Shown: positions 30,147 to 45,380 of the stretch, one piece after another
How the letters are laid out: every line of letters begins with the position of its first letter
How positions within the stretch are numbered: position 1 is the stretch's first letter
Source of the DNA: the human T2T-CHM13v2.0 reference genome, Homo sapiens
Assembly: GCF_009914755.1 (NCBI RefSeq)
Contig: NC_060947.1
Direction: 5' to 3' (one strand)
DNA: 64,000 nt
The notes under the pieces: model-generated
Databases searched by the model: none
Told to the model about the DNA's origin: nothing
Seen by the model: the letters and a program-made list of their open reading frames with translations, nothing else
Program-made: the position numbers and the translations under genes

Positions 30147-31696
30147 TGAGAGGTGACAGCATGCTGGCAGCCCTCACAGCCCTTGCTCACTCTCGGCGCC
30201 TCCTCTGCCTGGGCTCCCACTTTGGCAGCACTTGAGGAGCCCTTCAGCCCACTATTGCACTGTGGGAGCCCCTTCCTGGGCTGGCGGAGGCTCCCTCAGC
30301 TTGCGGGGAGGTGTGGAGGGAGAGGCGCAGGCGGGAACCGGGGCTGCGCTCGGTGCTTGCGGGCCAGCACGACTTCCGGGTGGGTGTGGGCTGGGCAGGC
30401 CCGCACTCAGAGCGGCCGGCTGGCCCCCCCTGCCCGGGGCAGTGAGGGGCTTAGCACCTGGGCCAGCAGCTGCTGTGCTCAATTTCTTGCCGGGCCTTAG
30501 CTGCCTTCCCGCGGGGCAGGGCTCGGGACCAGCAGCCCACCATGCCTGAGCCTCCCCCTCGCTCCGTGGGCTCCTGTGCTGCCCGAGCCTCCTGGACGAG
30601 CGCCACTCCCTGCTCCACGGCACCCAGTCCCATCGACCACCCAAGGGCTGAGGAATGCCGGCGCACGGCGCGGGACTGGCAGGCAGCTCCACCTGTGGCC
30701 CTGGTGCCCGATCCACTGGGTGAAGCCAGCTGGGCTCCTGAGTCTGGTGGGGACTTGGAGAACCTTTATGTCTAGCTAAGGGATTGTAAATACACCAATC
30801 GGCACTCTGTATCTAGCTCAAGGTTTGTAAACACACCAATCAGCACCCTGTGTCTAGCTCAGGGTTTGTGAATGCACCAATGGACACTCTGTATCTAGCT
30901 GCTCTGGTGGGGACTTGGAGAACTTTTATGTCTAGCTCAGGGATTGTAAATATACCAATTGGCACTCTGTATCTAGCTCAAGGTTTGTAAACACACCAAT
31001 CAGCACCCTGTGTCTAGCTCAGGTTTTGTGAATGCACCAGTTGACACTCTGTATCTAGCTACTCTGGTGGGGACTTGGAGAACCTTTGTGTCCACACTCT
31101 GTATCTAGCTAATCTAGTGGGGAGGTGGAGAACCTTTGTGTCTAGCTCAGGGATTGCAAAGGCACCAATCAGCACCCTGTCAAAACAGACCACTGGGCTC
31201 TCTGTAAAATGGACCAATTAGCAGGATGTGGGTGGGGCCAGATAAGAGAATAAAAGCAGGCTGCTCCAGCCAGCAGTGGCAACCCACTCAGGTCCCCTTT
31301 CGCACTGTGGAAGCTTTGTTCTTTTGCTCTTTGTAATAAATCTTGCTGCTGCTCATCCTTTGGGTCCACACTGCCTTTATGAGCTGTAACACTCACCGCG
31401 AACTCACCGCGAAGGTCTGCAGCTTCACTCCTAAAGCCAGCGAGACCACAAACCCACCAGGAGGAACGAACAACTCCAGACGCGCCACCTTAAGAGCTGT
31501 AACACTCACCGCGAAGGTCCGCAGCTTCACTCCTGAGCCGGCGAGACCACGAACCCCACCAGAAGGAAGAAACTCCGAACATCAGAAGGAACAAACTCTG
31601 GACACGCCGCCCTTAAGAACTGTAACACTCACCGTGAGGGTCCACGGCTTCATTCTTGAAGTGAGTGAGACCAAGAACCCACCAATTCCGGACCCA
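30147..31696 (+). mobile_element. Solo LTR12C (ERV9 LTR)
   Basis: Starts tgagaggtgacagc, CpG-rich U3, tandem CCAAT/GATA enhancer repeats 30760-31190, 'gataagagaataaaagcagg' promoter, ends aattccggaccca; 4-bp TSD ctgg (30143-30146 / 31697-31700). Confidence 0.96.
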
Positions 31697-31944
31697 CTGG
31701 CAGATCCTGGACTCCACCCTGTGCTGAGCAGGTGTCTATCCCTCTGCTGACCTGACAACCTGCCTCAGACCAAGGGCCCTACCTCTCTGAGATGTGGGAG
31801 GCACAAAGTGAAGGGGCACTACACGGACAGCCCTGCATGGCATGCCAAAGGCTGACAGATGGAGCAGATTTCAGGGTGCCTGCTCTCTCTGGGTGTCCTC
31901 CAGGTATTCAGATTTACTCATGACAATGCCTGCCCCTTTCCCTT

Positions 31945-33150
31945 CATCCCCTGGAGGCCCCAGGTAGGGGAGGTATGTGCCATGCTCACATTTCTGCCAG
32001 GTGGTTGGGGGTGGGAGGTTTCATGGAGGTGAGCATCTGGTTCCAAGGGGGTGATGATAGGTAGGTCAGCAGTGGAGCCACAATTGGTCAGCAGAGGAAG
32101 GAGTCCCAGGATCTTTAGGACTCAAGATGTGAACCCCTCGTGAGGACTGGAGATACCCCCATCCCATAATGAAGGGATCCCACAGAGTCTCTCTGTCCCC
32201 TGTCCTTGTCTCTTTGGAGACCTGATCATGGGTGGCTCTAAGTGGCAAGGTCACTTGTACCACAGGCAGGAAGTTGGGGAATCTTCAGGGAGATTCCCTG
32301 AAGATTGGTGTAAAGGGAAGTCTTGGTGTAAAGGGATATGTTTGCTCATCTCAGGGGTTGGGAGTAGAGGAAGGACAGGCTCTGGCAGAAGTAAAGATGA
32401 AAAACCCACAGGAGGACTTTGGAATCCCCAGAACAGAAGGGTCCAGCCTCTGCTGTCAGCCCTGGACAACCACATGATGGGGTGATGGGACGTGGGGCCC
32501 CTTACTTCTGTTTTGGAATCTTGGGCAGGTGAGCACTATGTTCTCAGAGGACGACTTCCAGTCAACAGAAAGAGCCCCGTATGGTCCACAACTACAGTGG
32601 TCCCAGGATCTGCCAAGAGTCCAGGTGAGAAACCTGAGGGAGGATTGAGGGTTCCTCCTGGCCAGAACACAGATGGCTGCTTAGAAATCTGCTCTGCCCC
32701 TGCTGTCTCCCCAGAGAGCATGTGCAGGACTATCTGCTGAGATCCCTCTCTTATACTGGGATCATTGGTCTCAGGGAGGGGGAGGCATTGGTCTGAGAGG
32801 GCTGCACTTAGGTCAGCAGTGGGAGGGTCCCAGGCCATGACCAGAATCAAGGTGAGGGCTGACGGGACAGCACTTACCAAAAACATGGGACTCAGCCCTT
32901 CCCTGCCCCTTCTGTCAGCCATGCGAAGTCCCCGGGAACCATGGGTGTTTCCACTTCCCTGATCTCCTCTTCTGATGTCTCCTGGAGATAGAGCTTTGGT
33001 TTAAGGAGATGGCCTTAGGTCAAAAGAGGGAGGGTCCCAGGCCCAGATACACACCAAAGATGGGGACCAAACAGGCTCCTTACCCCAGCACACATGGACC
33101 CAGCTGACTATCACCACCTCCTGCTGTCCTTTTTGGGTATCCCTGAATTG
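31945..33150 (+). pseudogene. MAGEA intron block in + orientation containing MAGEA11 exon-3 copy
   Basis: Colinear with MAGEA9 intron ~56065-57230; flanks on both sides match the MAGEA9 intron in the opposite orientation. Confidence 0.85.
32529..32624 (+). other. Intact 96-bp MAGEA11 exon-3-like exon (phase 0-0)
   Basis: cAG|VSTMFSEDDFQSTERAPYGPQLQWSQDLPRVQ|GTGAGA, matching recalled MAGEA11 N-terminal residues; ATG 32538 has A at -3. Confidence 0.85.
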
Positions 33151-33154
33151 TGGA

Positions 33155-35240
33155 TGGGTTTTGCAGGCCAAGACCACCATCTCCCAGAGAAATCCAACTA
33201 GGAAGTGGGGAGCTGCCTCTCTTTCCTAGAGTCCTGCCTGGGGCCTCCCAGGACTGATGGCAGGGGCAGGATTTCTACCTCAGGGATAACTTGTTGTCTG
33301 AGTCCTCCCTCAGTGCTCTGGGACTTCTCCTGGGGTTGACCTGAGGCTCCACTCCTCAGACCACAACCCACTCCTCTCTGACACCCCAAAGGCAGAGCGA
33401 GGATGCACCACATTTGGGCACTGTGCCTTGGAACTCCAAGGGCCAAGGTCCCCACTGAACTGGAGTCCAAGGCCTCCTGAGTCCTCCCTCTTCCTCCCAT
33501 TGATCCTGGCAGGGCTGAACCAGAGATCCCCTCTGCGGACCTGAGTCTCCATCCCTCAGATTCCCAACGCCGAATGAGGAGGCACCTCAGTCTAAGATGG
33601 GGGCGGGGTGGGCCCCCTGTCCTGGGGTGCTGGGTCCCCTCAGGCCTCCCTCATCTCCCAGCAGGGACTGGGCCTTATCTGTGCTCCCCCTAGGCCATTC
33701 TCATGATACCAAGCCTCTTCCCTCGGTCAGCCCGGGATGCGGAAATCAGGATCCACTTGCCTGGCAGCAATGCCAGGAACTTCCCAGGGCTGACAGCAGA
33801 GAGGGAGCCTCGCTCTGTGGGGCCTCAGCCCTCCCTCGGGGTCCTGACCTTGATGCCTGGCAGAACCTGGGTCCTGCCCCCCCCAACCAGCCCTGCCCTG
33901 GTCACACCAAGCTCTGACCCCACAGTCCCTTGAGGCTTAAGCGGCAGGGGGCAGAAGCCGAGGGGGGTGTCGGAGGGGACGGCCCAGCCTGAGAAGTCCA
34001 TCCCCATGGGGTGATCCAGGGCTGGCAGCAGAGGCGGTGCTGGATTATCTGGGGTCCTCTATCTGGGGAGGGAGCGTCCTCAGTCCTCCCTCAGCATCTC
34101 ATCTTGCCTCCTCACAGAGCCTGGGCCCGCTGCCCTCAGCGGATCACAAGCCGCCCTTCAGAACCGGGCTGTCACTTCTCTCTGACCCCCTAATGTGCAA
34201 GTCCGCGGTACCAAGCCCGGAGGTCCTTTGCGTTGACTGCAGGGACAAGGATGGACTCTGGGGCCCCTCTATCAGGATGGGGTGGAACCTCTCCATAATT
34301 TCTCAGAGTCCTGATGTTGATGTCTGGAAAGGCCAGGGCCCCACCCTTTACGGAACTGCCTCTGCCCGGGTCACACCATAGACTCGCAGAGTCTCCTTGG
34401 GCATTGAGGAGGGGGATTGTCTCAGCCTGATAATTTGGTCCCCTGTTGTTTCAGGGCTGGCTCCAGGGTTGGCGCTGGATTATTTGGGGCCCTCTATCTG
34501 GGTAGGAGGACTCCTCAGTCCTCCCTCAGCTCTCACCTTGCCTCCTCATGGAGCCTGGGCCCGCTGCCTTCTGCCACTCTCAAGACACCCCTCAGAGAGA
34601 TGCTCTCTCTTCTCTCAGATCCCAGAGGCAGAAGCCAGTGGAGGTCACATCTGGCCCCCATGCCTGGAGCTTCCCTGGATTGACAGCAGTGGCAGTACTC
34701 GATTCTGCTGGGGTGGGGGCAGGGGGAAGAGTAATGGCGAGGGGTGCAGATGTGGTCGAGGGTCATGGAGGTGCCTCAATCCTCCCTCAGGTTTCTGTCC
34801 TTCATTCTCTGCAGAGCCTGGAGCTCCGTCCTCTGCCAATGGTGTCTCCTCTCCTCAGACCAAGTCTCTGACTCTGAGTCCCCTGAAGTGGCAGTGAGGG
34901 GGAGGTGTCAGGTCGGGGGACAACATTGCCAAGGTCTTCCAGGGCTGACAGGAGGGACCGAGCTGGATTCTGTGGCCCCTCTATGTGGGGACGGTGGACC
35001 CTCACTTCTCACTCAGGAGACTCTTCCTCCTGGCTCCCAGCTCTTTGATGAAGTGATGGGTGGGAGATGCTCTGTTTCTGTCACCTCTGAGCATTTGCCA
35101 ACTGCACCCCTTGCAGAGAATGGCCGTGGGTTCCAGGCTAGGTGCTTCCTGGGGGTCTTCAGCACCTGTGATTTTAGTGACCTCTGGGAGAAGACCCACA
35201 CCTTCCTACAGGGGCTTCTCCCCAACCAGAGCTAAAGGCT
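33155..35240 (-). pseudogene. MAGEA11-like promoter / exon-1 repeats / exon-2 remnant
   Basis: Reverse complement is colinear with 53100-55700; ORF 33552(-) METQVRRGDLWFSPARINGRKREDSGGLGLQ resembles recalled MAGEA11 METQFRRGGLGCSPASIKRKKKREDSGDFGLQ; no GT donor after it. Confidence 0.85.
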
Positions 35241-35289
35241 GGCCCTGTTGGTTCTGGGATGGGTGTACCAAAGTCCTCCTGTGGGTTAT

Positions 35290-36090
35290 TCATCTTTACA
35301 TCTGCTGGGGCCTGCCATTCCTCGGCTCCCAATCCCTGAGATGAGCAGACATTTGCCCTTTACACCAAGACCCCATCTCCCTGTGGGTTCCCTAACTTCC
35401 TGCCTGTGGTACAAGTGAGCTTGACACTTAGGGCCACCCGTGATCAGGTCCCCATAGAGCCAAGAACAGGAGACAACAAGATTCTATTTGCTAGATCATT
35501 TTTTTGTAAGACTGTTGTAAGAAATGTATTGAATTGCCTGACACAGTGCCTGGCATATATTGAATATTTAATAAATGGTAGTTTTCAAATATTATTTTTA
35601 GACCACATCTTACTATAACCTCCTTTGGGAATTACTTCTGTTGTTATCTAAAATATCTCAGAGAATATGCAGCTCAATAGAACATATAATATCAAATTAG
35701 TCAAAATTGAAGCTTTGTGAATAAAAGTTAGTAAAATTTCCCTCCGAGATGGCCTATTATTTAATTTGGGCGTATAAGAGTCTTCCCCATCTGGATGCAG
35801 CTCAAAGATCTTGAAAGTTGAGTGAAAGACCAACTCATTCTCTCCCTCCCAGCTGCTTTTCCATCCAAACCACTATTTTCATTCAATTTACTCCTATCCC
35901 AAACCTAGCCCTTGATTATCTGAGTTCTCCATTTCAGACCAAGGCCTTACCTCCCTGAAGCCCCACTCTCACCCCACTGCAGAAGTGAGAGCATGCCACA
36001 GCCAGCCTCTTGCCAGGGTCATCCTAGGGCTGACAATCGGCAACAGCCAGAATCCTGGAGGGCCCTTCTTTTCTGGAGTGTTGAGTTCCT
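35290..36090 (-). other. Further scattered MAGEA intron-repeat fragments (35290-35475, 35920-36090)
   Basis: 35340-35475 is a diverged inverted copy of 32195-32355; 35935 'cagaccaaggccttacctccctga' is the MAGE repeat motif. Confidence 0.65.
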
Positions 36091-36109
36091 TCTAACTTTA
36101 TTCTTACAG

Positions 36110-38860
36110 GCTCTACTCACTTCCACAGTTACTTATGCCAGCACCTTTTCTCTTGATATTCATTAAAGAGGTTGTTTCATATCTTTGTAATATATAGTTA
36201 TTCTGTTTTGTCATATTGTCCATTCTTTCCTGGGATATTCAGACCTCCTAAATTATTTTTTTATATTTGCATACTTTAGGGGTCACAATTGTTCTGAGCA
36301 TTTTGACAAATGCATAGTGTTATATTCACCATTACAGTATCATACAGGATAGCTTCATCACCCTAATAAATCCCCTGTGCTTACCCTATTCAATCCTTCC
36401 CCCTCACCCACCCAACCCCTGGAAGCAACTGATCTTTTTACTGTCTCTATAGTTTTGCCTTTTCCAGAATGCCAAATAAATTGTATCATCATACACTATC
36501 TAAACTTTTCAGGCTGGTTTTTTTCACTTAGGGATAGGCATTTAATATTTATCCATGTCTTTGTATGGCTTGTGATGTGGTTTGGCTGTGGCCCCACCCA
36601 AATCTCAACTTGAATTGTGTCTCCCAGAATTCCCATGTGTTGTGGGAGGGACCCAGGGGGGAGGTAACTAAATCATGGGAGCTGGTCTTTCCCATGCTAT
36701 TCTTGTGATAGTGAATAAGACTCAAGAGATCTGACGGGTTTATTAGGGGTTTCCACTTCTGCTTCTTCCTTATTTTGTTTCTCTTGCCACTGCCATATAA
36801 GAAGTGCCTTTCGCCTCCTGCCATGATTCTGAGGCCTCCCCAGCCATGTGGAACCGTAAGTCCAATTAAATCTCTTTTTCTTCCCAGGCTTAGGTGTGTC
36901 TTTATCAGCGGCATGAAAACAGACTAATATAGCTTGACAGCTCATTTCTTTTTATTGATTAATAGTGTTCTATTAAATGGTTGTACCACAGTTTGTTTAT
37001 CCATTCACCTACTGAAGAACAACTTAGTTCAATCCATTACTGACAATTATAAAATAAGCTATGATACAAATTTATATGCAAGATTTTGTGTAGAATTAAA
37101 ATTTCAAATTACTTGGATTAATACCTAGGGGTGTGTTCTCTGAATCACATGGTAATACTATGTTCAGCTTTGTAAGAAACTCACAAACTGTACTACAAAG
37201 TGACTGTACTATTTGCATTCCCACCAGCAATGAATGATTCTTTTTGCTCAGCATCCGTGCCAGCAATTGATATTGTCTGTTTTTTTTAACTTTAGACACT
37301 CTAAATATGAAATTAATGTAGCTATTCCAGCTTTCTTTTGTCAGTGTTAGAATACCTTTTTCAACCTCCTTACATTGAACTTATGTGAGTCCTTATAATT
37401 AAAAATGGGTTTCTTATAGACAATATGTTCTTGAGTATTATTTTTTATTAATTCTGACAACCTGTCTTTTATTGGTATACTTAGACCATTCAAACTGAAA
37501 GAGATTATTAATATAATTCATTAATATCTACCATGCATGTAACTGTTTTCTATGTATTTAATTTTTCTTTATTCCTCTTCTTTTTCTGTCTTCTTTCGCT
37601 TTATAAAACATTTAGTACATGTAAAATTACACCTTTTTTAAAAAAATTAGTCTTTGTCTTAGAGTTTATAATATATATTTTAATAACATGCCATAAAACA
37701 ACACTATACTGCTTCATATGTACTATAGATACCTTATAAAAGAGTATACTCAGTTCCTTCATTGCATTGCTTGTAACATTACAATCATTTATTTCATTTA
37801 TCCATATACACTAGTTGTCTGATACATTGTTACTATTATTAACTTAAATAAATAGTTACCTTTTAGGTCAGTTAAGAATAAGAAAGCATTTTATTTTACC
37901 TTTATTTATTTCTTCTCTGGTATTCTTTCTTTATCTAGACCTAAACTTAGGACCTATATAAGATTCCTATAATTGATAGAGAAAAGTAGAAAATCAGTAA
38001 GAGCAAAGAAGATCTAATGACCATTAAATGCAGAGTATCATTTGAAAATTTCAACACATTTTATTTTAAAAAATTCTCAGCAAATTAAAAATATATGTGA
38101 GCATTATCAATTCATTAAAGGAAATCTACAAAAAAACTAGAGCTAAGAATATGCTTAATGATGAAATACTGAATGTTTTCCATCTAAGGTCAGGATCAAG
38201 GCAAAAATAACGGATTTCATACTTCTCCTCAACTTTTTCTATTAGAGGTTCAAACTATTGCAATAGAGCAAGAGAAAGAAATGAAAAACATGATTCAAAA
38301 GGAAGAAATACAATGGTCTTTACTGCAAACAACATGATGGTCAGTGTGGAAAATCCTAAGGATTCTACAAAGAAAAAAGGAAAACTGCAATTAATAAGTG
38401 AATATACCACGGTTATAAGATACACATTTAATACAAAGAAATTAATACTATAGCTCTATACTAACAGCAAACACATGAAAATGACAAAAAGCAAGTGCTT
38501 TATGAATAGCAAAACATAAAATACTTTGGAATACATTTAATGAAAAGTTTGTAAGACCTGTACACTGAAAACTACAAAATATGACAGAAAAATTTGAAAA
38601 CATCTAAATAAATGAAGAGATAATCCATGCTCATACCTGAGAAAAATCTAAATTGTTGTTTTATTCTATTGCTTATAATTCAGTACTACCATTATTTATA
38701 TTGTTGCTCAAATTTTCCAGCTTTTGGGAGCCCTTTTAGTCTTTGGAAGCTCCTGTACCCTTTTTATATACTGCATCATTTCTTAAGCACGTCTTTATTT
38801 TCCTGCGCCACAAAATGCTAAGCTCACCTTGTATTTTCTATGCCCCAGTCCTAGAACCAA
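36110..38860. mobile_element. Old L1M mosaic (antisense 36110-37950, sense ORF2 37960-38630, antisense 38640-38860)
   Basis: Characteristic L1 3'/ORF2 sequence. Confidence 0.7.
36573..36931 (+). mobile_element. THE1 (MaLR) solo LTR
   Basis: tgatgtggtttggctgtg...cagactaatata; 5-bp TSD gcttg (36568-36572 / 36932-36936). Confidence 0.93.
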
Positions 38861-38874
38861 ATAAATAAATAAAT

Positions 38875-39860
38875 TTGGACTTCCTCAAAAATAAAATAAA
38901 GACAGGCCACAGACTGGGAGAAAATATTTGCAAAGCACACATCAAAACACTGACTTGCACCCAGAACATACAGAGAACTCTTAAAAACTCAAAACTGCAA
39001 AAAGAAACACCTAAAAATTGGCAAAAGAGTTGACAATTTGCAAAGGGGATATACACATGGCGAAAAAGCACAGGAAAAGATGCTCAACGCCATTACAGGT
39101 TAGGGAAGACAAACTACAACCAGGATGAGGGCCCGAAACACATGGCTTCAGAATGGTGAAACTCAGCAACACTGACGAGGCCACGTGCCTGGGAGGATGC
39201 AGAGGAACTGGGACACTCCAGTGTTACTGGCGGGAAGGCAGGTGGTACGGGCACTGTAGAAAATGGTTTGGCCATCTCTGATGCAGTTAAAAGCGCACTT
39301 CCCGTGGGACTTGGCTGCCCCACTCCTGGGTATAAGATTTACCCCCAGAGAAGTGAAAGCGCGCAGCCTTGTAGAAACCCACACACCAGTGTTTGTAGCA
39401 GTCTTGTTTGCATTTTGGATAGCGGCCTTGTTTGGTTTTCACAAACCACCCTCAGCGGACAGTCAGATAAACTGTAGGCATCCATACAATGGAATACCAC
39501 TCAGAACTGAGAGGGAACGACCTGTGGATACAGGGAGGGAACAACTTGGATGAATCTCATTAGAGACATTATGTGGATGGCGGGAAGCCAGTCTCAACAG
39601 GTTACTTGTCTCGCGATGCCATCTACATAAAGTTCCAGCAGAGACAAAAGTACAGTGACAGAGAACAGATCAGTGTTTGCCGGGGCTAATGGTGGGGACG
39701 GTGTGATAGTGAAGGGACAGCACGGAGAGTTTTGCAGGGTGACAGACCTCTTCTGCATCCTGCCAACGGCTGTGCGAATCTACTTGTGTGAAGACTCAGG
39801 GAACTCACACCAAAGGAAGACGGTCACTTTTCCTACTGTATGATAGATAATTAATAAAAA
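38875..39860 (+). mobile_element. Old L1M 3' end, unusually GC/CpG-rich
   Basis: 'acagactgggagaaaatatttgcaaagcac...tccatacaatggaataccactcag...ggatgaatctc', ending ttaataaaaa. Confidence 0.8.
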
Positions 39861-40610
39861 GGGAGAACGGAGGAGTGTCGTCCCAGGAGGCAGGGCAGGA
39901 GGGCGAAGACGTGTCACAGGGGAGCCTGGCCAAGTGGCGCCCCCGGAACTCGTCCTCTGGGCTTGTGTGTGGATGAGACAAGGTCTACCTGGTACGACAG
40001 GGACATACTGGGAATGCGCCCTTGCCGTGGAGGCGGGGACCCGGCAGCGCTACGTATCCAGCATCAACCTGTATCCAGCATCAACCCGCCAAGTTCACTA
40101 ACTTGGTAGGGGTGAGGTTAGGGATCCTTAGGAGCCCAGGCAGCCAGACTTTCTGGGGAGCCCATTCCCATTTGTGTTGCCAAAGTACCCCCAGCAGGTT
40201 GTGGGAATGTTGCCTGTGAAGAGAGTCTGTTGGGGTGAGATCTTGTGTGTGTGCACAGGGTGACAGTTGTGTCCCATTTCCCGGGAAGCTGTGATGGCAG
40301 CAGAACCTAGAGGAGCCTGAGAGAGTGTGGGAGAGTGGGCCTCTGGAAGAGTAGAGGCTGCGGAGCCAGGTGCAGGGCTGTCTGTCACCCAAAGGAAGAG
40401 GGACTGATGACTCACTGAGCGTGTGTGTCCCCTGGTGGCAGCAGGCCCCATAGTGAACATACCATACCTTTTCTGTCCTGAGCGATGCTCCCAGCAGTCC
40501 TGGGAGATGGAACGGTCCTTATTCGGCTCACGGGAAGGACCGCCTTAACTGGACAGACACAGCAAGGTGCTAAAGATGCCTTCCATCAGAGGCCAGGTTG
40601 GAAGCTCTAA

Positions 40611-40892
<282 letters not shown>

Positions 40893-41448
40893 TAGAAAGG
40901 CAGCCTCTGTCCCTCGAGCTCACAGTGAGCCCACTCCAGGAGAGGGGAGAGAACACAGCCATCTCCGAGAGGGAGCTTCGGTGAAAGGAGAGCATCCTTC
41001 CTTTCTCTTGGGGGCAGCACGTGGGGCTGGCAGGGAGAAGAGTGCACCTTTTTAGCCATGGTGCCTCTGTATGGCTCCAGTTTCCACTCTGGGGAAAGCA
41101 GAGTGGGATGTCAGATTTGTGTATTGGAGTCACGTGGAGAATTCTAGAATGGGAGCTGTTGACTCCTTAGAACAAACACCCGGAGGAGTTTGCCATAAAA
41201 CTGCTGGCACTGGGAACTTTTCAAGTGGATAGGCTATTGCCGAGCTCTGAAGAGGGACATAAAAGCTCATTTCGAGCTTTCCCCAGGGATAGGTGGTTTC
41301 CTGCCTTTTTCTGGCGGTGCTGATGTTCCCTCTTGTGGGAGCTCACGCGGGGGTGGGGTGGTGGGGAGGAACTGCCTAATGAAGTCTGGCTTCCGCCTCT
41401 GCCCATTTTCGGTGCTGGCATCAACCGGGACTATGTCTCTTTCTTTAG

Positions 41449-41572
41449 ATTCTGCTGGTTCACAAACTGGATGGCCACAACGCCTTCTCCAGCATCCCGA
41501 TCTTTGTCCCCCTTTGGCTCTCGTTGATCACGCTGATGGCAACCACATTTGGACAGAAGGGAGGAAACCACT
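41449..41572 (+). pseudogene. TMEM185A-like (TMEM185AP1): TMEM185A partial duplicate, exon-6 equivalent (124 bp, phase 0-1)
   Basis: ctttAG|ILLVHKLDGHNAFSSIPIFVPLWLSLITLMATTFGQKGGNH-t|GTATGT. Confidence 0.9.
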
Positions 41573-42822
41573 GTATGTACTCAGCATTTCAGAAGTCCTT
41601 GGTGTGTGTCTGGGGGGGGACCAGGGAGTGGGGGGGGGGGCGGATAGAAGTCTAGGAAGGTATGAGTCCCCGAGGGCCCCAATTTAGAAGCTTGTGTGGG
41701 AAAGTGAGGGCTGAGGAAATTCTGGGACCTTCTAAGGGAAGGGCATGCCGTAACTCTGGTGTTCTGCTGGCCTGCACCGGGACTTTTCTCGCAGTGCACG
41801 CTGCCATTTGAGGTAGAACCAGACACGGCAGGCAACCTCTCAGAGATCCCGTTCCCTCCTCTGCAAAATGGGGATCAAGACAGATTCTTCCCAGGCCCGG
41901 GAGGGTTTGATGGAAAATCCACATCTCCCACCCAAACCTGGGATTCATCCTAGGTCCCTGTTGGCCTCTCTGCCTCCCCCATATCCTTGCTGCCATCACC
42001 CGAGTCTTGCCTGTCTTGCCTTGCTAACACTCTATTCCCCTCCACCTGCTTGCTGAGGCAGACACTTCCAAAACGATCTCTGCAGAGGGTGCCTTCCTGG
42101 CAAGGCTGTGGGCTCCATGGCACGGAAGCCCAGAGCATTGCCCTTCGGAAAGCCAGTGGGTTTGGGGGCAGGGCCTCACTGCAGCCCAGCAGCCCGGGCT
42201 GTGCTTGCTGTTTGTGCCTCTGCCCCCTACCCCGCACCCGGGAGCAGGGAGGGCTTGCACCGAGCTGACACTCCAGTAGCCTACAGAGAGGAGTAGTGGG
42301 ACTGGGAAAGTGGCTTTAAGGTGGCTCCATGAGTTCAGGCCCCCTCCTGGCCAGGACCCGTGCATGACTACCGCCCTCACGGATTCCAGAGGGTGACAGA
42401 AATCTTGTTCTTGGGTGGCACTGTCATCCATGAGTTTATCCTGGCTGGAGAAGATTAGCGGAAGACACCGTAGTCTGCGCACCACAGATATTTTGAGACT
42501 CACTGGAGCAGTAGTTCTCAAACTTGGGCATCCAGCAGAATCCCAAAAGGGCCAGGAAAAGGGGACCGCTGGAGCCCACCCTAGCCCGACTCAGTTTCTG
42601 GAGGTCTGGGCTGGGGCCCGAGAATGGCATCCCTAACTAGGCCCCGTGGACGCTGTCCCTGCCGGTCCGGGAACCCCACTCCAAGCACCACAGAGCTAGC
42701 ATTTGCACTTCTTCCCCATTTTGGGTACTCAAGCCCTGTTCAGGCTTTGTGACTCAGGAGTCTGGATAAAGTATGTTATGACATTGTAGGAGTGAAACTT
42801 CTTGTTACGGAAAGAAAGTTAA

Positions 42823-44578
<1,756 letters not shown>

Positions 44579-45239
44579 GCATGATGTGTATCTTCTTTGC
44601 TGGATGGGCCAGGAAACTGGAGTGGTCCTCTCAGCCAGCCTCAGAGGAAAGAAATCTCTAGCTGGCACAGGCAGCCAGTGAGTGAGGCTGGCGGCTGCAG
44701 GGGCACAGCCTTTAGAATGAGTCCTTCAGTGCACAGGTCCCAGGGTATACGGGGTAGTGGGAGGAAGGAGGGGACGCCTTGCAGATGCCACTGTTGGCTG
44801 GGCTACACCTTGCCACACTTGTTACTGCTTAGGAGGCTTTCTGGAGTGTTCCTTGGGTGCTACGACAATCTGCAGCAGACACTGTCCTTTCACCGCTCCT
44901 GGTCCTCGTTTGCTCCCCAGTGATGTCAACAGCTGAGGACTGCTCACGCTGCAACAAAAGGCTCTGCAGTCGCTGTCTAGCTGGCCCTAGTCGTCTCTAG
45001 AGTTCTGCCTGAACTGAAACTCAAGTGGGGTTCAGCTCATGACTTGTGGCAATTGACCAGGAAATTCACCAGTTGCTGTGGCTGGAAGGATTTTCAGTCC
45101 TGTGGGTTGTAACCAGAGGCCACAGGTGGATTCTGCCTTAGGCTCATGAGATTTCCGACTTGCTGTTGAAGAAAATGCCTTGTGAAGTGACAACAGTAGC
45201 TCTGACCCAACTGCCGGTGCCTCGCTAGTTCCTATACGT

Positions 45240-45380
45240 CCCACTGGATCCTCACAGCCCCGGGAAGCAGGTGCTACTACTCTTATCCCCGGGAGGAGAC
45301 AGAGGCCGAGAGAGGTTAAGTGACGTGCCCAAGTCACACAGCTCGGCAGCGGCCGGGTTGAGCATCAGCAGTCTGTTTGC
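45240..45380 (-). mobile_element. MIR (GC-shifted)
   Basis: 'gaggagacagaggccgagagaggttaagtgacgtgcccaagtcacacagct'. Confidence 0.7.

Noticed and set aside
30760-31190. Regularly spaced ~40-bp repeats resembling a CRISPR array
   Set aside because: These are the ERV9/LTR12 U3 enhancer repeats; no unique spacers, no cas genes, primate DNA.
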